Positions 9,048 through 17,208 of a DNA stretch of 64,000 nucleotides are shown here, in pieces. This DNA is from Escherichia coli 042 (GTDB lineage Bacteria; Pseudomonadota; Gammaproteobacteria; Enterobacterales; Enterobacteriaceae). Location of the stretch: assembly GCF_000027125.1 (NCBI RefSeq), contig NC_017626.1. One strand, 5' to 3'. The position numbers and the translations under genes were made by a program. Every line of letters starts with the position of its first letter. The first letter of the stretch is position 1. The notes under the pieces are model-generated. The model was not told the origin of the DNA and ran no database searches. It saw nothing but the letters and a program-made list of their open reading frames with translations.

Positions 9048-10097
9048 ATGCTTAATACTGTAAAAATATCCAGTTGTGAGTTAATCAACGCCGACTGCCT
9101 GGAATTTATCCGGTCGTTACCCGAAAATTCTGTTGACCTGATAGTCACGGACCCGCCGTACTTTAAAGTGAAGCCTGAAGGCTGGGATAACCAGTGGAAG
9201 GGCGACGATGATTACCTGAAGTGGCTGGACCAGTGTCTGGCGCAGTTCTGGCGGGTGCTGAAACCTGCCGGAAGTCTTTACCTGTTCTGTGGTCATCGCC
9301 TGGCATCTGATATCGAAATCATGATGCGTGAACGCTTCAGTGTGCTGAACCATATTATCTGGGCGAAGCCGTCCGGACGCTGGAACGGATGCAACAAGGA
9401 AAGCCTGCGGGCGTATTTCCCCGCCACAGAGCGCATTCTGTTCGCGGAACATTATCAGGGGCCGTATCGTCCGAAAGATGCCGGGTATGCGGCGAAGGGC
9501 AGTGCACTGAAACAGCATGTGATGGCCCCGCTGATTTCTTACTTTCGTGATGCGCGCGCGGCCCTGGGGATAACGGCAAAACAGATTGCAGATGCCACAG
9601 GAAAGAAAAACATGGTGTCGCACTGGTTCAGTGCCAGTCAGTGGCAGCTACCGAACGAAAGCGATTATCTGAAATTACAGTCGCTGTTTGCCCGGGTGGC
9701 AGAAGAGAAACATCAGCGCGGTGAACTGGAAAAGCCCCACCACCAGCTGGTGGATACGTATACGTCACTGAACCGGCAGTATGTGGAGCTGCAGAGTGAA
9801 TATAAGCATCTGCGGCGGTATTTTGGTGTGACGGCGCAGGTGCCGTACACGGATGTGTGGACACATAAACCGGTGCAGTTCTATCCCGGGAAACATCCGT
9901 GCGAAAAACCGGCAGAAATGCTGCAGCAGATAATCAGCGCAAGCAGTCGTCCGGGTGACCTGGTTGCAGATTTTTTTATGGGCTCAGGTTCAACGGTAAA
10001 AGCGGCACTGGCGCTCGGGCGTCGTGCGATTGGCGTTGAACTGGAGACCGGACGTTTTGAGCAGACAGTCAGGGAAGTTCAGGATTTAATCGTTTGA
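9048..10097 (+). CDS. DNA N6-adenine/N4-cytosine methyltransferase (beta-class), no partner nuclease seen
   Basis: IVTDPPYF (motif IV) near the N-terminus and FMGSGST (motif I) near the C-terminus. Confidence 0.8.
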   Translation: MLNTVKISSCELINADCLEFIRSLPENSVDLIVTDPPYFKVKPEGWDNQWKGDDDYLKWLDQCLAQFWRVLKPAGSLYLFCGHRLASDIEIMMRERFSVLNHIIWAKPSGRWNGCNKESLRAYFPATERILFAEHYQGPYRPKDAGYAAKGSALKQHVMAPLISYFRDARAALGITAKQIADATGKKNMVSHWFSASQWQLPNESDYLKLQSLFARVAEEKHQRGELEKPHHQLVDTYTSLNRQYVELQSEYKHLRRYFGVTAQVPYTDVWTHKPVQFYPGKHPCEKPAEMLQQIISASSRPGDLVADFFMGSGSTVKAALALGRRAIGVELETGRFEQTVREVQDLIV

Positions 10098-10146
10098 AAC
10101 GGATGAGATTGCAGAATTAATTACGCACCATTATTATTCTGCTCCC

Positions 10147-10222
10147 GGCCCTTTAGCTCAGTGGTGAGAGCGAGCGACTCATAATCGCCAGGTCGCTGGT
10201 TCAAATCCAGCAAGGGCCACCA
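10147..10222 (+). tRNA. ileZ: tRNA with CAT anticodon, Ile2 (lysidine)-type or Met
   Basis: 76-nt cloverleaf: acceptor ggccctt/aagggcc, T-arm gctgg-ttcaaat-ccagc, anticodon loop ctCATaa, 3' CCA; close to recalled E. coli tRNA-Ile2. Confidence 0.85.
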
Positions 10223-10229
10223 TCACATA

Positions 10230-10306
10230 CCGCCATTAGCTCATCAGGAAAGAGCGCCAGCCTTCGAAGCTGGTTGCGCGGAGTTCGGGTCCCCGAAGGC
10301 GGTCCA
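10230..10306 (+). tRNA. tRNA-Arg (anticodon TCG as read)
   Basis: 77-nt cloverleaf: anticodon stem ccagc/gctgg with loop ctTCGaa, 3' CCA; one mismatch each in acceptor and T stems. Confidence 0.6.
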
Positions 10307-10319
10307 TTATCTGTATCCT

Positions 10320-10396
10320 GCGTTGTTAGCTCAGCCGGACAGAGCAATTGCCTTCTAAGCAATCGGTCACTGGTTCGAATCCAGTACAACGCGCCA
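10320..10396 (+). tRNA. tRNA-Arg (anticodon TCT)
   Basis: 77-nt cloverleaf: acceptor gcgttgt/acaacgc, T-arm actgg-ttcgaat-ccagt, anticodon loop ctTCTaa, 3' CCA. Confidence 0.85.
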
Positions 10397-10440
10397 CACT
10401 TATTTTCCCTGGCTCGCTTTTGCGGGCTTTTTTTTAAATG

Positions 10441-10656
10441 TCTCACAATTCAGGCGGTTGACTGTTGTCTGGTTTGCGGGGAGTTTGTTAAAAGAAACTG
10501 GCATGGTGAATCCCCCTGTGCGGAGGGGCAATCAGCGAGTAGGTATATGGGATAATCGCGGATTCAGGTGCTGGTACTGAATTCACCGGGAGGCACCCGG
10601 CACCATGCAATGGCACATAGCGCCACTCTCCAGCCCCTCTCCGGAGGGGCTTTTCT
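10441..10656 (+). repeat. Structured repeat unit 1 (sRNA-like: promoter-like box, hairpins, terminator)
   Basis: Shares with unit 2 the blocks tcacaattcag, ttgac, ttgttaaaa, gcatggtgaatccccctg.gcggagggg, gtataat/ggataat, caccgggaggcacccggcaccatg and terminator gcccctctccggaggggc+T-run. Confidence 0.55.
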
Positions 10657-10908
10657 GTGCCGGATACATCACAGTTTCTGGAACCTTAGGTACTACAGTA
10701 TCAGTCAGGGTGCTATATTTTCAGATGTGATGAAAGCCTGTCAGCAGGCAGGGCGTATCGGAAATGACCCAGTAGAGAAAACGTTGACTCAGATACCGGT
10801 GCTGAGTTACCGGGAAACCGGCATCACATGACCGCTATCCTTCCAGGCCCATCCGCTCCGGTGGGCCTTTTTACTGCAGAAAACAGGTTCCCCGTTAAAT
10901 GCTATGTT

Positions 10909-11141
10909 GCTCACAATTCAGTAAGTTGACAGTTGCCTGTCAGACTGGGCATTTGTTAAAAAAATTTCGCATGGTGAATCCCCCTGAGCGGAGGGGCGAC
11001 TGGTGACGGTATAATCTCTGATTATCAAAACGAGAATGACGCGGGTTTAGTGGCACCGGACTGAACTCACCGGGAGGCACCCGGCACCATGTGCATGATG
11101 ATACAGATACGCGGCTTTAGCCCCTCTCCGGAGGGGCTTTC
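10909..11141 (+). repeat. Structured repeat unit 2 (sRNA-like)
   Basis: Second diverged copy of the same ~220-bp unit, with a perfect TATAAT at 11010-11015. Confidence 0.55.
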
Positions 11142-11371
11142 TTATGGACAAAAAAAGCCCGCGCTGGGAGACGCGGGCGGCAAGGAATAAACAATAAAAC
11201 GTGAAGTAATATTTCAGCTGGCGAATAATACCCCATAGTAATCACTCTGCGCAACTGCGCGGTCTTTTTCGAATTGCGGGCTGTAGTCTCCCTTCTGCCA
11301 TTGTCCTGTAACTTCCGGACTTCAGCCTGCTCCTTATCTGACTCACAACATTATCCCGCCCGGGAGGATTC

Positions 11372-13225
11372 ATGGCATTTAAACACTATGACGTGGTCAG
11401 GGCGGCATCGCCGTCAGACCTTGCGAAACGACTGACACAAAAACTGAAGGAGGGCTGGCAGCCGTTTGGTAGTCCGGTGGCCATAACCCCTTATACCCTG
11501 ATGCAGGCGATTGCAGCAGAAGGTGATGTGGTCGTCAGTGGTGCAACTGAGCCGGAGTGGTACTACGTCATCGTACTGGCCGGGCAATCCAATGCCATGG
11601 CTTACGGTGAAGGGCTTCCGCTTCCGGATTCATACGATGCGCCCCATCCGCGCATTAAGCAACTGGCCCGTCGTAACACAGTGACTCCCGGTGGTGAAGT
11701 ATGCGTATTTAACGACATCATTCCTGCTGACCATTGTCTGCATGATGTTCAGGATATGAGTACGATTAACCATCCCCGGGCTGACCTGAGCAAAGGGCAG
11801 TACGGCTGTGTCGGACAGGGCTTACATATTGCCAAAAAACTGCTTCCGTATATCCCTAATAATGCGGGGATCCTGCTGGTACCATGCTGTCGTGGTGGTT
11901 CGGCATTCACCCAGGGCACGGAGGGGACATTCAGCGAGTCCACGGGAGCCAGTCAGGATTCGGCTCGCTGGGGAGTGGGTAAGCCGTTATATCAGGATCT
12001 GCTTTTCCGCACGAAGGCAGCATTGCAGAAAAACCCGAAAAACGTTTTGCTGGCGATATGCTGGATGCAGGGGGAATTCGATATGACGAATGCCAGTTAC
12101 GCCCAGCAGCCAGCAGCATTTCTTGCAATGGTACAGCAGTTCCGTGCTGACCTTGCCGGGCTGGCAGCGCAGTGTCACGGTGGAAGTCCGGCATCAGTCC
12201 CCTGGATTTGTGGCGACACGACATACGCGTGGAAACAAGAACACGGTACGCAATATGAAGTGGTATATGGTGCATATAAAGGTAAAGAATCCCAGCAGAT
12301 TTATTTTGTTCCCTTTATGACCGATGGTAGCGGAGTTAATACACCGACAAACAACCCGTCAGAAGATCCTGATATTGCCGGGTCTGGTTATTACGGTTCG
12401 GCATCCCGAACGAACAAAAACTGGGTATCATCAAATCGCCCGACGCATTTCAGCTCATGGGCGCGTCGTGGCATTATTCCCGATCGTATGGCAACTGCTA
12501 TTCTGAACGTAGCCGGTCGCACCTTAGCCTTCATTAGTGGTAAGGCACCGGAAATCAAACCCTCGCCCGGCGGCGACACGCCATTGGGGCCGTCTGAAGA
12601 TGCATCCATACGCACAATCTCCCTGTTGCCGACAGCCGGAGACGCTGCTGCGCAGGGCTGGAGCATTAAGAATGGCGGAATTCAGTTGTCAGATGGTGTA
12701 TTTAAGATCACCAAGCAGAGCAATAAAGCCTGGTCCCTGACGCGCCCGGTGGATGACGCAGTCTCCCTGCTGACACGGGGTGGCAGACTGAGCTGTAAGT
12801 TTCGACTGTCAGGCGCACTGACCAACAATCAGTTCGGTCTGGGAATTTATCTGTATACCGATGTAGCGTTACCTGACGTCGTGGCGATGACCGGGACTGG
12901 TAACCCGTTCCTGATGTCGTTCTTCACCCAGACCACAGACGGCAAACTGAATCTGATGCATCACAAGAAAGCAGGAAACACAAAGTTGGGCGAGTTCGGG
13001 AATTACAGTAACGACTGGCAGACGCTGGAGCTGGTGTTCACCGCCGGCAGTGCCACGGTTACTCCGAAACTGAATGGAGTGGCTGGCCCGGCATTCCAGG
13101 TCATAAAAGACAGTCTGACACTGGGGCTGAATGCGCTGACGCTGACGGATATTACCAAAAATGCAGCGTATGGCGTTGAGATAGAAAGTCTGGTGCTGGA
13201 GATAAATGCACCGGCATCATCATAA
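11372..13225 (+). CDS. Phage NanS-p-like sialate O-acetylesterase (DUF1737 + SGNH hydrolase)
   Basis: 617 aa; N-terminal MAFKHYDVV... and GQSNAMAYGEG esterase motif; occupies the post-tRNA position before the lysis genes. Confidence 0.75.
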   Translation: MAFKHYDVVRAASPSDLAKRLTQKLKEGWQPFGSPVAITPYTLMQAIAAEGDVVVSGATEPEWYYVIVLAGQSNAMAYGEGLPLPDSYDAPHPRIKQLARRNTVTPGGEVCVFNDIIPADHCLHDVQDMSTINHPRADLSKGQYGCVGQGLHIAKKLLPYIPNNAGILLVPCCRGGSAFTQGTEGTFSESTGASQDSARWGVGKPLYQDLLFRTKAALQKNPKNVLLAICWMQGEFDMTNASYAQQPAAFLAMVQQFRADLAGLAAQCHGGSPASVPWICGDTTYAWKQEHGTQYEVVYGAYKGKESQQIYFVPFMTDGSGVNTPTNNPSEDPDIAGSGYYGSASRTNKNWVSSNRPTHFSSWARRGIIPDRMATAILNVAGRTLAFISGKAPEIKPSPGGDTPLGPSEDASIRTISLLPTAGDAAAQGWSIKNGGIQLSDGVFKITKQSNKAWSLTRPVDDAVSLLTRGGRLSCKFRLSGALTNNQFGLGIYLYTDVALPDVVAMTGTGNPFLMSFFTQTTDGKLNLMHHKKAGNTKLGEFGNYSNDWQTLELVFTAGSATVTPKLNGVAGPAFQVIKDSLTLGLNALTLTDITKNAAYGVEIESLVLEINAPASS

Positions 13226-13375
13226 AAAGTGAGCCAGCCAAATGGAAGGTATCGTTAAACTCACCGGTAGTGTCAGTGGGTCGTCTGAGATGCCTGCATG
13301 AGTTATCAGAGCCATCAGTACTTAACTGGTGGCTTTTTTTATTGTTGTCAGCTTCCGGATAACGGGAGACGGGGT

Positions 13376-13591
13376 ATGTACCAGATGGAAAAAATCACAA
13401 CAGGTGTGTCATACACCACGTCAGCGGTGGGAACGGGCTACTGGTTCCTGCAGTTGCTGGACAGGGTTTCCCCGTCTCAGTGGGCGGCAATAGGCGTGCT
13501 GGGGAGTCTGCTGTTTGGGCTGCTGACATATCTGACTAACCTGTATTTCAAAATCAGAGAGGACCGTCGTAAGGCTGCACGGGGAGAGTAA
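13376..13591 (+). CDS. Holin, S21-type pinholin with dual start
   Basis: 71 aa [10 protein letters not shown]...[24 protein letters not shown]...[13 protein letters not shown] matches recalled phage 21 S; two in-frame Met (M1, M4) as in antiholin/holin pairs. Confidence 0.85.
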   Translation: MYQMEKITTGVSYTTSAVGTGYWFLQLLDRVSPSQWAAIGVLGSLLFGLLTYLTNLYFKIREDRRKAARGE

Positions 13592-13595
13592 TTCA

Positions 13596-13911
13596 ATGAC
13601 TCAAAACTATGAACTGATTGTGAAAGGGATCCGCAATTTTGAGAATAAAGTTACGGTAACTTTAGCGTTACGGGACAAAAAAACGCTTTGACGGTGAAAT
13701 TTTTGACCTGGACATCTCGCTGGACCGTGTTGAAGGTGCCGCGCTGGAGTTTTATGAGGCAGCAGCCAGAAGGAGCATCAGACAGGTCTTCCTGGATGTT
13801 GCTGCCGGGTTATGTGAAGGGGACGAGCTGTTGCCAGAAACGCGCCCCTGTTCAGAGGCGCGGTATACCATAAAAATTAACAGTTCTGATAACTCGATTA
13901 CGGGTTGTTAG
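13596..13911 (+). pseudogene. ydfR-like small gene split by a frameshift at an A7 run
   Basis: ATG 13596 reads 31 codons to TGA at 13689-13691; the +1 frame continues open from 13684 to TAG 13909-13911 with no start codon; junction is the A7 tract 13677-13683. Confidence 0.5.
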
Positions 13912-13966
13912 CTTTTTGCAGTTGGCTTTCCAGTATCTTTCATTGGTAGCATCCTGATAAATATCC

Positions 13967-14500
13967 ATGAGCGCAAAAATCAAATACGGCCTGTCAGCTG
14001 CTGTTCTGGCGCTGATTGCTGCAGGCGCGTCTGCTCCTCAGATACTTGACCAGTTTCTGGACGAAAAAGAGGGTAACCACACAACGGCATACCGCGATGG
14101 TTCCGGCATCTGGACCATCTGTCGGGGGGCCACGATGGTGGATGGAAAACCCGTTTTTCCCGGTATGAAACTGTCGAAGGAAAAATGCGACCAGGTCAAC
14201 GCCATTGAGCGTGATAAGGCGCTGGCATGGGTGGAGAAAAACATCAAAGTGCCATTGAGCGAACCCCAGAAAGCGGGGATCGCGTCATTCTGTCCGTACA
14301 ACATTGGTCCCGGTAAGTGTTTCCCGTCGACGTTTTATAAACGAATTAATGCAGGTGATCGCAGGGGAGCGTGTGAGGCGATTCGCTGGTGGATTAAGGA
14401 CGGTGGCAGAGACTGCCGTATTCGTTCAAACAACTGCTACGGTCAGGTATCCCGTCGTGACCAGGAGAGCGCGCTGGCGTGCTGGGGTATCGACAGATAA
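13967..14500 (+). CDS. SAR endolysin (phage lysozyme, R21-like)
   Basis: 177 aa; N-terminal signal-anchor LSAAVLALIAAGASAP followed by lysozyme fold, T4-lysozyme-like (GH24) family as recalled for R21. Confidence 0.85.
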   Translation: MSAKIKYGLSAAVLALIAAGASAPQILDQFLDEKEGNHTTAYRDGSGIWTICRGATMVDGKPVFPGMKLSKEKCDQVNAIERDKALAWVEKNIKVPLSEPQKAGIASFCPYNIGPGKCFPSTFYKRINAGDRRGACEAIRWWIKDGGRDCRIRSNNCYGQVSRRDQESALACWGIDR

Positions 14501-14659
14501 GCAGAATATTTTGCTGAAAAATAAGGCATGGCCACGCGGGCGGATAACATGAAATCCTGCGAAGTGGCGAAACGTAAGTGAATAAAAGTAAAAACCCCGT
14601 TTGTTGGCACCAAGCGGGGTTTTGTGTTTCCTGACTCCGGAAAAGTCAAAGGAGAAAGT

Positions 14660-14797
14660 GTGTTTGATTTTAGCAAACTGATTCGGGAGATTCGAGTGAT
14701 GGCTGAAAAATTATCCACCTGGAAGTTCATTCTTATCTGGCTGGTGTTTGTGATTATGGCCTCCGGTTATTTCATCGGTCAGATACGCTGGTGGTGA
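14660..14797 (+). CDS. Possible small membrane protein between R and Rz
   Basis: GTG 14660 (or ATG 14699) after GGAG; hydrophobic [20 protein letters not shown]; stop overlaps Rz start. Confidence 0.25.
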   Translation: MFDFSKLIREIRVMAEKLSTWKFILIWLVFVIMASGYFIGQIRWW

Positions 14798-14798
14798 A

Positions 14799-15263
14799 AT
14801 GAACCGCGTACTGTGCGTGGTCATCATTGCCCTGCTGGTGGCCTGTGGTGCGCTTAGTCTGGGGCTGAATCATTACCGTGATAACGCCATTACCTACAAA
14901 GCCCAGCGCGACAAAAATGTCAGAGAACTGAAGCTGGCGAACGCGGCAATTACTGACATGCAGATGCGTCAGCGTGATGTTGCTGCGCTCGATGCAAAAT
15001 ACACGAAGGAGTTAGCTGATGCGAAAGCTGAAAATGATGCTCTGCGTGATGATGTTGCCGCTGGTCGTCGTCGGTTGCACATCAAAGCAGTCTGTCAGTC
15101 AGTGCGTGAAGCCACCACCGCCTCCGGCGTGGATAATGCAGCCTCCCCCCGACTGGCAGACACCGCTGAACGGGATTATTTCACCCTCAGAGCGCGACTG
15201 ATAATAATGCAAAAACAACTTGAAGGGGCACAGCTATACATTCGAGAGCAATGCCTCAGATAA
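14799..15263 (+). CDS. Rz: Rz i-spanin
   Basis: 154 aa, near-identical over most of its length to recalled lambda Rz ([17 protein letters not shown]...). Confidence 0.9.
   Translation: MNRVLCVVIIALLVACGALSLGLNHYRDNAITYKAQRDKNVRELKLANAAITDMQMRQRDVAALDAKYTKELADAKAENDALRDDVAAGRRRLHIKAVCQSVREATTASGVDNAASPRLADTAERDYFTLRARLIIMQKQLEGAQLYIREQCLR
15019..15201 (+). CDS. Rz1: Rz1 o-spanin lipoprotein, embedded in Rz in +1 frame
   Basis: 60 aa with lipobox VVGC and proline-rich [20 protein letters not shown] as in lambda Rz1. Confidence 0.85.
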   Translation: MRKLKMMLCVMMLPLVVVGCTSKQSVSQCVKPPPPPAWIMQPPPDWQTPLNGIISPSERD

Positions 15264-15570
15264 AAACCGGCCAAGGATAATCCGCTGAAGATTCGCCGGT
15301 GGCTAAAGTGTGCCAAGAGTTCAATTTACGCAATTACTCCTGTCGATGCTATGCACCGTCTTTGTGAAGTCAATGGATACCTGATTTATTTCTGTGCGCT
15401 GTATCGTCGCTGTACTCTTGCATTAATTATGACTGTAGCCTGACGGGGAACTCCTTCTGCACAAGTGTGGGGGAATAATCAAAAACGATGCACACCGGGG
15501 TTACCGGGTACACATATTTCATCATGCCAGCGAGTCCGGTTCTGGTACGGAAGAAACCGGACGTTATGAT

Positions 15571-15996
15571 TTAGTGCGGAAATATTTGTGTAGTGTTCTG
15601 AATGTTCTCAGTAAAGAGTAATGAATTATCAAAGGTATAGTAATATCTTTTGTTTTCGTGGATATTTGTAATCCATCTGAAAACCCCTGCTGTAGCAAGA
15701 TTTTTCCTGTATTCGTAAAATGATAACTCTCCTGATTTGAATCCTTTTAAGGTGGCTTCTATAAGGCATTTATTTTTTGAAAATCTTACATTTACAACCT
15801 TACCCTGTCCTTTTATTAAAACCGTATTATCGTTTTCAAGAACAAGATGAATATTCTCTGTGGCTAAATAGTAAATGTAATGTGAGACATTGTGACGTTT
15901 TAGTTCAGAATAAAACCAGTGATAGTTTAAATTATTTCGCACTTTATCGAATATTTGTTTAAAAATGGCAACCTGAGCCATTGTAGTACCTTCCAT
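15571..15996 (-). CDS. Hypothetical cargo protein, possibly DUF1398/YbcV-like
   Basis: 141-aa AT-rich ORF on the minus strand between Rz and cos, the position of bor in lambda. Confidence 0.45.
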   Translation of the reverse strand: MEGTTMAQVAIFKQIFDKVRNNLNYHWFYSELKRHNVSHYIYYLATENIHLVLENDNTVLIKGQGKVVNVRFSKNKCLIEATLKGFKSGELSFYEYRKNLATAGVFRWITNIHENKRYYYTFDNSLLFTENIQNTTQIFPH

Positions 15997-16038
15997 GTGA
16001 TATGAGGGGGCGTAGTCTGCACGATTATCTAAATTGCT

Positions 16039-16272
16039 TCAATCTGGTCTGACCTGTTTTCTGAGCAATTCAGTAATGTCACTCTTTTCTTTGTTTGCTT
16101 CAGGCGAAACTCTTTTTTCTGAGCACAGTCTCCGGCGGCAGGCTTCAATGACCCAGGCTGAGAAATTCCCGGACCCTTTTTGAACAAGAGCGATGTTAAT
16201 TTGTTCAATCATTTGGTTAGGAAAGCGGATGTTGCGGGTTGTTGTTCTGCGGGTTCTGTTCTTCGTTGACAT
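16039..16272 (-). CDS. Ribbon-helix-helix (Arc/MetJ-like) DNA-binding protein
   Basis: 77 aa; basic N-terminus then NIRFPNQMIEQINIALVQKG...FSAWVIEACRRRL resembles the RHH beta-strand plus two helices. Confidence 0.5.
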   Translation of the reverse strand: MSTKNRTRRTTTRNIRFPNQMIEQINIALVQKGSGNFSAWVIEACRRRLCSEKRVSPEANKEKSDITELLRKQVRPD

Positions 16273-16471
16273 GAGGTTGCCCTGTATTCAGTGTCGCTGA
16301 TTTGTATTGTCTGAAGTTGTTTTTACGTTAGGTTGATGCAGATCAATTAATACGATACCTGCGTCATAATTGATTATTTGACGTGGTTTGATGGCCTCCA
16401 CGCACGTTGTGATATGTAGATGATAATCATTATCGCTTTACGGGTCCTTTCCGGTGATCCGACAGGTTACG

Positions 16472-16483
16472 GGGCGGCGACCT
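16472..16483 (+). other. cos: cos site (cosN 12-nt cohesive end) with cosB downstream
   Basis: cgggtcctttccggtgatccgacaggttacg / gggcggcgacct cgcgg...tatttatgaaaatttt matches the lambda genome ends as I recall them. Confidence 0.8.
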
Positions 16484-16659
16484 CGCGGTTTTTCACTATT
16501 TATGAAAATTTTTCAGGGAAAATCGTGTCGGTACTTCTCGAATATAACTTTTTGTTTTTTTTAATATTACATCCGTAAAGGTCCGACATGAAAGTGTCCG
16601 AAAATGACTTTTTCTGGCGTTTTCATGTCGGGCCTTGTATTTGATAATGGGTTGTTTTC

Positions 16660-17208
16660 ATGAAGGTTAATAAAAAGAGGCTTGCCGAAATTTTCAACGT
16701 GGACCCGCGGACGATTGAACGCTGGCAGTCTCAGGGACTCCCTTGCGCCTCCAAAGGTAGTAAGGGCATTGAATCTGTATTTGATACTGCCATGGCAATT
16801 CAGTGGTATGCGCAGAGGGAAACTGATATCGAAAACGAAAAGCTCCGCAAAGAACTGGACGATTTGCGTGCGGCAGCGGAGTCAGATTTACAACCCGGCA
16901 CCATTGACTATGAACGCTACCGGCTCACAAAAGCGCAGGCAGATGCGCAGGAACTGAAAAATGCCCGTGAAGACGGAGTAGTGCTGGAAACTGAACTGTT
17001 TACCTTCATTCTGCAACGTGTGGCACAGGAGATTTCGGGGATACTTGTGCGTGTGCCGTTGACATTACAGCGTAAATATTCGGACATTTCACCATCACAC
17101 CTTGATGTGGTGAAAACTGAAATCGCGAAAGCCTCCAATGTTGCAGCTAAGGCCGGTGAAAACGTGGGCGGGTGGATCGATGATTTCAGACGCGCAGAAG
17201 GCAGCTAA
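16660..17208 (+). CDS. nu1: Terminase small subunit Nu1
   Basis: 182 aa [12 protein letters not shown]...IENEKL, lambda Nu1-like N-terminal HTH. Confidence 0.9.
   Translation: MKVNKKRLAEIFNVDPRTIERWQSQGLPCASKGSKGIESVFDTAMAIQWYAQRETDIENEKLRKELDDLRAAAESDLQPGTIDYERYRLTKAQADAQELKNAREDGVVLETELFTFILQRVAQEISGILVRVPLTLQRKYSDISPSHLDVVKTEIAKASNVAAKAGENVGGWIDDFRRAEGS

Noticed and set aside
10201-10831. ORFs overlapping the tRNA cluster and repeat unit 1 (10201..10446 -, 10274..10555 +, 10568..10831 +)
   Set aside because: They overlap well-folded tRNAs or hairpin-rich sequence, with no RBS or coherent protein features.
10441-11141. Possible CRISPR array
   Set aside because: Only two units of ~220 bp each, diverged, with internal promoter and terminator hairpins; no short repeat/spacer periodicity and no cas genes.
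10400-11370. Shiga toxin genes in the canonical slot between the tRNAs and nanS-p
   Set aside because: No ORF of stxA or stxB size with a signal peptide is present; only non-coding repeats.
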